Below are positions 58,743-64,000 of a stretch of 64,000 nucleotides of DNA, piece by piece. Both the position numbers and the translations under genes were made by a program. Source of the DNA: Candidatus Ozemobacteraceae bacterium (GTDB lineage Bacteria; Muiribacteriota; Ozemobacteria; Ozemobacterales; Ozemobacteraceae); assembly GCA_965140445.1 (NCBI GenBank), contig OZ223236.1:4224001-4288000 (forward strand). Reading direction: 5' to 3'. Each line of letters opens with the position of its first letter. The first letter of the stretch is position 1. The notes under the pieces are model-generated. The model was given only the letters and a program-made list of their open reading frames with translations. It was not told where the DNA came from and searched no databases.

Positions 58743-59093
58743 AGTTTTTTTGTTTAAAATTGAATTTTTCAAAAGATTTTCACACAATTGATTAAGACTC
58801 AAATTTGATTGTAAAGCCTTTATAGTAAGCAATTTATGAAGTTCTTTATTTATCCTGAGAACAAATTTGCCTGAGTAATTCTTTTTGACCGTCTCTTCAG
58901 GAAAAGGAATTTGGTCCCTTTCATGAATCTCAATCCATTCGTCCAGAATTTTGCAAAGTTGTTTGTAAACATTTTGCTCATCATCACCATGGCAGCAAGG
59001 CCCTAAGAACCCAGGGATCGAACCAATATAGCAATTATCTTCATCTGACCATTCAACAATTTTTATGTATTTATCCTTTTTTTTCATTTTCAT
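58737..59093 (-). CDS. hicB: HicB-family antitoxin
   Basis: 'IVEWSDEDNCYIGSIP...CHGDD', 'YSGKFVLRI..ELH..L...A....SLN'. Confidence 0.9.
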   Translation of the reverse strand: MKMKKKDKYIKIVEWSDEDNCYIGSIPGFLGPCCHGDDEQNVYKQLCKILDEWIEIHERDQIPFPEETVKKNYSGKFVLRINKELHKLLTIKALQSNLSLNQLCENLLKNSILNKKTA

Positions 59094-59157
59094 GGGCCTC
59101 CTTTACTACCTTTTTAAGATCCTTCTCAAACTGTTTTGTAAAAATTGGTCTTAGCAT
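59071..59157 (-). pseudogene. Chimeric toxin remnant: YafQ/RelE-like N-terminus joined to a probable HicA C-terminus
   Basis: 28-aa ORF MLRPIFTKQFEKDLKKVVKEAHENEKKG; TGATG-coupled to the antitoxin stop and overlapping the hicB start. Confidence 0.72.
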
Positions 59158-59417
59158 CAGATTCCCAATTTTTCGAACATATCTTCTGCATCTTTGCATT
59201 CAACCAGATTCTTGCCAGATTCAGAATTCCTTAAAGGTTTCAATGTAGTTTCATTAGGAACCTTAAGATCAAAAGGAAGTCCGTTATTGAGTTCAACTTG
59301 TTTATAAAACAAATTTATGGCCTGAGTTGCATTTAAACCCAGTTTTTCGAATATCTTTTCAACATGATTTTTTAAAGAAGGCTCTACCCTCGCACGAATT
59401 GTTGCTGTTTTTGACAT
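59157..59417 (-). CDS. RelB/DinJ-family antitoxin
   Basis: 'MSKTATIRARVEPSLK..VE.IFEKLGL....AINLFYKQV....GLPFDLKVPNETT'. Confidence 0.92.
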   Translation of the reverse strand: MSKTATIRARVEPSLKNHVEKIFEKLGLNATQAINLFYKQVELNNGLPFDLKVPNETTLKPLRNSESGKNLVECKDAEDMFEKLGI

Positions 59418-59440
59418 TTTTATCACCTGCCTACTTTAAC

Positions 59441-59460
59441 TGTAGCCCAAACGGGGAACA
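59441..59460. promoter_or_regulatory. Putative TA autoregulatory operator
   Basis: Imperfect palindrome TGTAGCCC-AAAC-GGGGAACA overlapping a TACAGT -10-like box upstream of the antitoxin. Confidence 0.45.
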
Positions 59461-59518
59461 AAAAAAACAAGACTCTTTATTGGAAATTTAATTTTGTTTT
59501 AGATTTCCATTTTTGGTG

Positions 59519-59628
59519 CCCTAACGACCTCTTGAGGCGCGAGCCGTGATTGGCGTGAAAAATGCTGAGCGAAGCGAAATGCATTTTTCATGCCAATAGG
59601 CGAGTCGCACTCGAAGCGCTTGTTATAT
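59519..59628 (-). repeat. attC site
   Basis: CCCTAAC...GTTATAT with central stem TTGGCGTGAAAAATGC / GCATTTTTCATGCCAA. Confidence 0.9.
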
Positions 59629-59640
59629 TCCGATCATTAT

Positions 59641-60357
59641 CTAAAATACGTCATAAACAAATATATTAGAACTAAACCCCTTCAGTGCCTCACTACGAAG
59701 ATTCGCCACTTCTTTGTATTCAGAATGTTCAATTAATTCTTTTGAAGCTACTACTCCAGAATCTGAAGGTATGGCAAGCAAACGGAATGTTGCATTTACG
59801 GCTTTTCCTGAAATATCTTTTTGAGCATATTCTTTATATCCCATTGTTGCTAAAATTATACTTCCAAAATGCAGAGCAACTTTCAAATCCGCAGATATTA
59901 CCTTTTGAGACAATTTTGCAGCTTGAATTGCGCGCATTTGATTGTTCCTTCCGGTAAAAATCGCCAGTAAGCCTCCGCCCATATATTTAATTGGAATACC
60001 ATCGAATTGAAGTATCGATTCTGTTAAGCCCTGATATATTCCGTTCACCCAAATTATTGATTCTTTATCTTCCATTGAATCAATCTTTTTTGTTAATCCA
60101 GGAATACTTGAGAGGAATATAGATGCTTCGATATTTCCTTCCTGATTTGAAAAGGAACCAAGCAGCCAATCTGTCGTCACATCCAAAAGATTGGATAAGG
60201 CTACTATTTGTGAAATTTCTGGCGCATTTTCACCAGTCTCCCATTTTGATATTGCTTGGCGAGTTACATTGAGGGCGTTTGCTAGATAATTTTGGGAAAA
60301 TCCTTTTTCTTCTCGCTTTTTTCTGATTCGTATACCTAAATTTTTTGTAAAATCCAT
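59641..60357 (-). CDS. XRE-HTH regulator fused to a degenerate class III nucleotide cyclase domain
   Basis: 'SQNYLANALNVTRQAISKWETG' HTH; 'IKYMGGGLLAIF', 'ALHFG', 'ISGKAVNATFRL'. Confidence 0.82.
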   Translation of the reverse strand: MDFTKNLGIRIRKKREEKGFSQNYLANALNVTRQAISKWETGENAPEISQIVALSNLLDVTTDWLLGSFSNQEGNIEASIFLSSIPGLTKKIDSMEDKESIIWVNGIYQGLTESILQFDGIPIKYMGGGLLAIFTGRNNQMRAIQAAKLSQKVISADLKVALHFGSIILATMGYKEYAQKDISGKAVNATFRLLAIPSDSGVVASKELIEHSEYKEVANLRSEALKGFSSNIFVYDVF

Positions 60358-60465
60358 TCTATGATTCTATTTTCCTTTCTCTCTGCGAACAAGCGAAAAT
60401 TCCTCGCTATAAGGAGGTAGTATTTTCCTTAACTTTAAAGTACTAAGGCAGATTTAAAATCGTGA

Positions 60466-60594
60466 ATATAACGCTCAAGCTCAGGGGCCGCCGAGCGTTT
60501 TACAGCGAGGGGATTTCGGCGTTTTTGGCGGAATTCTTGTTTTTTACAAGAATTCTGACAAGCCGAAACGGTCTGCTGCAGCGCCTGGTTATGC
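60466..60594 (-). repeat. attC site
   Basis: ATATAAC...GTTATGC with stems TTTCGGC/GCCGAAA and GAATTCTTGT/ACAAGAATTC. Confidence 0.9.
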
Positions 60595-60598
60595 ATTT

Positions 60599-61408
60599 TT
60601 AAAACTCAGCATCAAATGGTTGTTCTGTGTTCTTTGGCCGGATTTGCTTTCTCTTCTTCAATACATTTTCAAACTCTTCGGGAAGTTTGGCCTTTATTGA
60701 TTTTAAGTAGTCCAGAACGAGGCTATCCTCGTATGAAAGATTTTTGTTACGATCTTGGATTATCCTCTTTATACAAAACGCTTCTAAGGCATTTGAATTG
60801 AGGCTCTTAAGTAGACCAAAGTTCTCCTCTGTAAAATACCAAGGGTCATTTTTCATCTTTTCGACAAGCCATGCGATTTTTCTGGGTTCTCCCCGAGCAG
60901 CCCCATTGGTATTACATAAGGCTTGAATCTGTTTTTTAAATGGAGAAGCAGCGTCCCCCTCTCGATCATCGCCCATAATCTCAAAGATGGCTCTATACTC
61001 ATTGGGGCCCAGGAAGTTTAACTCTTTTAAAACGATCAGAAGTTTATCCTTGTCAAGTTGATCTGCTGTTGTCAGGCATTTCTTAAACACTTTTTTAATA
61101 TAGGGGGCTAGAATTTGGTTATGTGCGTATCCAGAATTTGAGTTTACTTTGTGAAGGACGGTCGTTAGGTAAGCCACCCTGTCTTGAGCAATGGAGATCT
61201 TTTTCAAAACGGCTTTGAAGACCAGTGGACTCTTGGATTTTCCAACGAGTTTCATTAATTTTGTAATCTCACCATCAGAGGCGGTTTCCCAAGAAAGTTC
61301 CTCAATCATTTGCGCAATGGAGTTTTCGTTGGCAAAGGCATGGGGGGGGAGAAAGCAAAGTGCCAAAAAAAGAGTAAGAACCAATGGGAAACCTCGATTA
61401 ACTTCCAT
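60599..61408 (-). CDS. Secreted alpha-helical hypothetical protein (cassette cargo)
   Basis: AAGGAG RBS, signal peptide ending 'AFA'; bounded by attC sites. Confidence 0.75.
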   Translation of the reverse strand: MEVNRGFPLVLTLFLALCFLPPHAFANENSIAQMIEELSWETASDGEITKLMKLVGKSKSPLVFKAVLKKISIAQDRVAYLTTVLHKVNSNSGYAHNQILAPYIKKVFKKCLTTADQLDKDKLLIVLKELNFLGPNEYRAIFEIMGDDREGDAASPFKKQIQALCNTNGAARGEPRKIAWLVEKMKNDPWYFTEENFGLLKSLNSNALEAFCIKRIIQDRNKNLSYEDSLVLDYLKSIKAKLPEEFENVLKKRKQIRPKNTEQPFDAEF

Positions 61409-61434
61409 ATATCACTCCTTCGATTGTTTCAATT

Positions 61435-61535
61435 GCATAACGCCAGTCGTGGCCGGTAAAACGAGACGGGCGCGGGTGTTGCATCAGCAAGAACCGTGAC
61501 AGCGGCTATTTTCCGTGTCGACGCACTTGTTAAAC
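61435..61535 (-). repeat. attC site
   Basis: GCATAACGCCAGTCGTGGCCGG...TTCCGTGTCGACGCACTTGTTAAAC. Confidence 0.9.
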
Positions 61536-61574
61536 TTGCTCTCCTAATTTTTATTTTTTTCATTAATTCTTCGA

Positions 61575-62531
61575 TTAATTCTTGATCTTATGAATAATAC
61601 CGACCTTAACCAACCATTCGACGACTAGTTCAGGCCAATTTGTAATTGGAAATTCTGTTCTTCTAAGACCAAAAGCATGCCCGCCTTCTTCAAAAATTCT
61701 AGTCTCAACCATTACCTTATTCTTTTCTAAAGCTTTTTGATAAAGAATCGAATATTCGACAGGGTCAACATTGTCGTCTTTTGCGTGAATTAAAAGAGTT
61801 GGAGGAGTTTCTGATGTAACGGGCAAAAAAGGATTGAGCCCCAACTTAACATTATAATTTTTTGCCATATGGCCTGGATAAATTGGTATCGAAAAATCTG
61901 GACGACAGCTCTCTTTATCAGCCTCGTCAACTATTGAATACAGTCGTTTTTTGTAATTGGTACTAATTGCTGCTGCCAAATGGCCACCGGCTGAGAACCC
62001 AAGCACGCCAATTTTATTTGGGTTAATTTTCCATTTTTCTGCGTTATACCTAAGAAGCCCCATTGCTCGCTGCGCATCTTGTAATGCCGATGCGGAATTT
62101 GGATATGGTCCAGACCTGTTTTCAGGCTTTCCGTAGGGCACACGATATTTTAATAAAACACACGTAAAGCCTCTTAATGTAAACCAGTCACAAACTTCAG
62201 TTCCTTCAAGATCGATAGCTAGCACCTGATAGCCGCCGCCAGGAAACACAACTATTGTCACACCGGTATCTGCGGCTTTTGGCGGATAGATGGTGATGGT
62301 TGGCCTCTCAACATTCATAACTGCAGTCCAAGGTTTATTTGCAACTTTGTTTTTAGCCGGAACTGCATTCTCCGGGCCTTTTACTATTTGGCCGCCAGGT
62401 GCTGAATTTGGCCATATTTGAATTTGTTGATGGTCTACCTGTTGGAAAGCAGCCGCGTAACCAAATTCAAAAGCGGACATAAAAAAACTTAAACTCAGAA
62501 AAATAATCTTTGCCATAGGTAAAAATCTCAT
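61575..62531 (-). CDS. Secreted alpha/beta hydrolase (esterase, BD-FAE/acetylxylan-esterase-like)
   Basis: 'FPGGGY', 'GFSAGG' nucleophile, 'DDNV' Asp, 'GGHAFG' His; signal peptide. Confidence 0.9.
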   Translation of the reverse strand: MRFLPMAKIIFLSLSFFMSAFEFGYAAAFQQVDHQQIQIWPNSAPGGQIVKGPENAVPAKNKVANKPWTAVMNVERPTITIYPPKAADTGVTIVVFPGGGYQVLAIDLEGTEVCDWFTLRGFTCVLLKYRVPYGKPENRSGPYPNSASALQDAQRAMGLLRYNAEKWKINPNKIGVLGFSAGGHLAAAISTNYKKRLYSIVDEADKESCRPDFSIPIYPGHMAKNYNVKLGLNPFLPVTSETPPTLLIHAKDDNVDPVEYSILYQKALEKNKVMVETRIFEEGGHAFGLRRTEFPITNWPELVVEWLVKVGIIHKIKN

Positions 62532-62670
62532 TATGTTCTCCGTATCACATGCAATTATCTTAAGCCGAACAGATATCAGACTTGTGTAGTGTAAATCTAT
62601 TTGGTTTTATTTTGGCTTATTTTTTGCGTTAATAAAAAATTAATTGAATTCAAAAAACATGGTAGCGCTG

Positions 62671-62785
62671 TTTCTAATCGAAGTGTTTCGCCAGAAAACG
62701 ACTGTCACGGGACTTGGCTTTTACAGCAAGTTCCCGTGACACCAAAGTTTTCTGGCTCATGGCCAGCGGACTCAGGCTAATTGTC
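62671..62785 (-). repeat. Relic attC-like hairpin
   Basis: GCCAGAAAAC/GTTTTCTGGC and TGTCACGGGACTTG/CAAGTTCCCGTGACA stems resembling the centre of attC 63346; core sites degenerate. Confidence 0.55.
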
Positions 62786-62848
62786 CTAATTTTACTCTTC
62801 ATTTCTTTGTTTTTTGGTTATTGGTTATTGGTTAATTTTTTTAAGCGA

Positions 62849-62982
62849 GTTTAACGACAGTCGTGACCGGAAATGAGTGTTGGCTTTGCCAAACGAGGGA
62901 ATCGGTGCTGGCGAACCGGTTGCGATCCTTTCGCAACTGGTTTGACATGCATCGACTTTCCGACTCGACGCACTTGTTATGT
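62849..62982 (-). repeat. attC site
   Basis: GTTTAACGACAGTCGTGACCGGAAA...TTTCCGACTCGACGCACTTGTTATGT; overlaps the VOC stop. Confidence 0.9.
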
Positions 62983-63330
62983 GGCTTTGCCTCGTAAGCC
63001 AATTAAGTTACCAAATGGGTCTTCTACTTGGCACATTGAGAGCCCATTTTCTATTTCCATTGGACCTCTGTATAGCTTTGCACCAATGGACTGGAAATAT
63101 GCTAATGACTTGAGTAGATTGTTCACGGACCAATAAACAACACTGCCTTTTTTACCAGCCCCAACCTTTTCGTCGGCTTGCACTATTTCTATAGAAAAAC
63201 CATCTAGGTCCAACGCTGTATAATCAAACTCGGGGTAATAGATTGGAGTAGCTTCGGGAAAGGCTTTTTTATACCACTCAAGCCCTTTAGCCACGTTGGG
63301 AACATGAACAAGAACCGCTGTTGGGGTCAT
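62977..63330 (-). CDS. VOC/glyoxalase-bleomycin-resistance family protein
   Basis: 'VHVPNV..GLEWY', 'VVYWSV', 'YRGPM', 'EDPFGNLIGL'; true start MTPTAV after AGGAG (the track's longer start runs into an attC). Confidence 0.9.
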   Translation of the reverse strand: MTPTAVLVHVPNVAKGLEWYKKAFPEATPIYYPEFDYTALDLDGFSIEIVQADEKVGAGKKGSVVYWSVNNLLKSLAYFQSIGAKLYRGPMEIENGLSMCQVEDPFGNLIGLRGKAT

Positions 63331-63345
63331 AATTTCTCTCCTGCC

Positions 63346-63446
63346 ACATAACGCCTGTCGTGACCGGAAATGGCCAGACGGCTCGGGACTTGCTTTCGCA
63401 AGGCCCGTGACGGCGGTCATTTTCCGCGTCTACGCGATTGTTAGAC
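63346..63446 (-). repeat. attC site
   Basis: ACATAACGCCTGTCGTGACCGGAAA...TTTCCGCGTCTACGCGATTGTTAGAC; overlaps the SpoU stop. Confidence 0.92.
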
Positions 63447-63986
63447 ATTCTCATTTTTTTCTTTTGTCTGCCTATCGTACATAACTATTGCACCACAAAC
63501 AGCAACATTTAGCGACTCTGGTGTGTCAATTTTAACAAAATCTAGTCGGGCTGTTTTTGAAAAAGTCCCCCTAAACCCTTCCGGGATGCCCTGGTTTAAA
63601 TCCTTAAAAAAAGCTTTGATTTCCTCAATTTCGGCTTTGCCGAGTCCCACTGTTTCTCTCCCCAGTAGATAAGTTGCATTATTGGGATGAGTAAATTCTG
63701 TTAATATTTTAGATTCAGGTGTCATTTCAACAATAACCAAGTTTGTCTGCGCCGGCAAATGCCGTAAAAATTCTTGCAAATTTTCAAAGTATTGCAAATT
63801 TATCTTGCTCAAGCCGTCTTGGGTATTCATTTGATGCTCAAACTTATGAATATTGCCTTTATACTTTTCTTTTACAAAGCCGCCAATAACGAACAAAGAA
63901 TTTAGGCCAAAATTCTGGCCAGTTCTAATTAAAGAACCAACATTTTCTCTCGTTTTTGGATTATAGATTGCTAAATTGTATCCCAT
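63441..63986 (-). CDS. SpoU/TrmH-family (SPOUT) RNA methyltransferase
   Basis: 'NVGSLIRT', 'LLGRETVGL', 'ESLNVAVCGAIVMYD'. Confidence 0.88.
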   Translation of the reverse strand: MGYNLAIYNPKTRENVGSLIRTGQNFGLNSLFVIGGFVKEKYKGNIHKFEHQMNTQDGLSKINLQYFENLQEFLRHLPAQTNLVIVEMTPESKILTEFTHPNNATYLLGRETVGLGKAEIEEIKAFFKDLNQGIPEGFRGTFSKTARLDFVKIDTPESLNVAVCGAIVMYDRQTKEKNENV

Positions 63987-64000
63987 TTTTATTTGTCTTT

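Larger units (their letters stand above)
57171..64000 (-). mobile_element. Integron gene-cassette array (integrase/attI not in window; expected to the right)
   Basis: Co-oriented unrelated ORFs separated by ~90-135 bp imperfect palindromes bounded by TAAC...GTTA core sites. Confidence 0.92.

Noticed and set aside
62873..63136. Plus-strand 87-aa ORF (likewise 61191-61499)
   Set aside because: Antisense to cassette genes and overlapping attC palindromes; probably spurious
63331..63420. N-terminal extension of the VOC ORF given in the track
   Set aside because: It runs through the attC; the RBS and family-like start are at 63330
58652..63446. CRISPR array or REP/terminator interpretation of the repeated palindromes
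   Set aside because: Repeats are 90-135 bp, variable, separated by whole genes and bounded by TAAC/GTTA cores; no cas genes and no U-tails
57000..64000. Integron integrase, transposase or prophage
   Set aside because: No ORF with tyrosine-recombinase, DDE or phage structural motifs was recognised

Overview
AT-rich bacterial chromosomal window from a diderm organism (secretin PilQ, flagellar L/P-ring genes, many lipoproteins). The gene content suggests a poorly characterised lineage such as Ca. Riflebacteria, but that is only an impression. Positions 1-57 kb are dense core and envelope genes: peptidoglycan recycling (sugar ABC permeases, MurK-like kinase, murQ, two SpoIID/LytB proteins), miaB-queH, pilMNOP...pilQ, aroC, and a flagellar rod/ring cluster (flgF-G-A-H ... 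flgI ... flgJ-like) interrupted by a carbamoyltransferase/SxtJ/DUF5989/SGNH-TPR module. They continue with rho, smpB, amidase-GerMN, pilins, mltG, a B12/iron-chelate ABC transporter, a radical SAM pair with RNase G/E, accDA-sigma70, a diheme lipoprotein, lspA-lgt-lgt-rluD and an apparently catalytically dead aldehyde dehydrogenase homologue. From ~57.2 kb to the window end is a minus-strand integron gene-cassette array: six attC sites plus relics, with cassette-bounding core sites that match pairwise. No integrase lies in the window. One cassette appears to be a deletion fusion of two toxin-antitoxin cassettes that lost both toxins and kept both antitoxins. A sigma-28-like GCCGATA promoter motif recurs upstream of flagellar, pilus and some lipoprotein genes. 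No rRNA, tRNA, CRISPR array or transposase was recognised.
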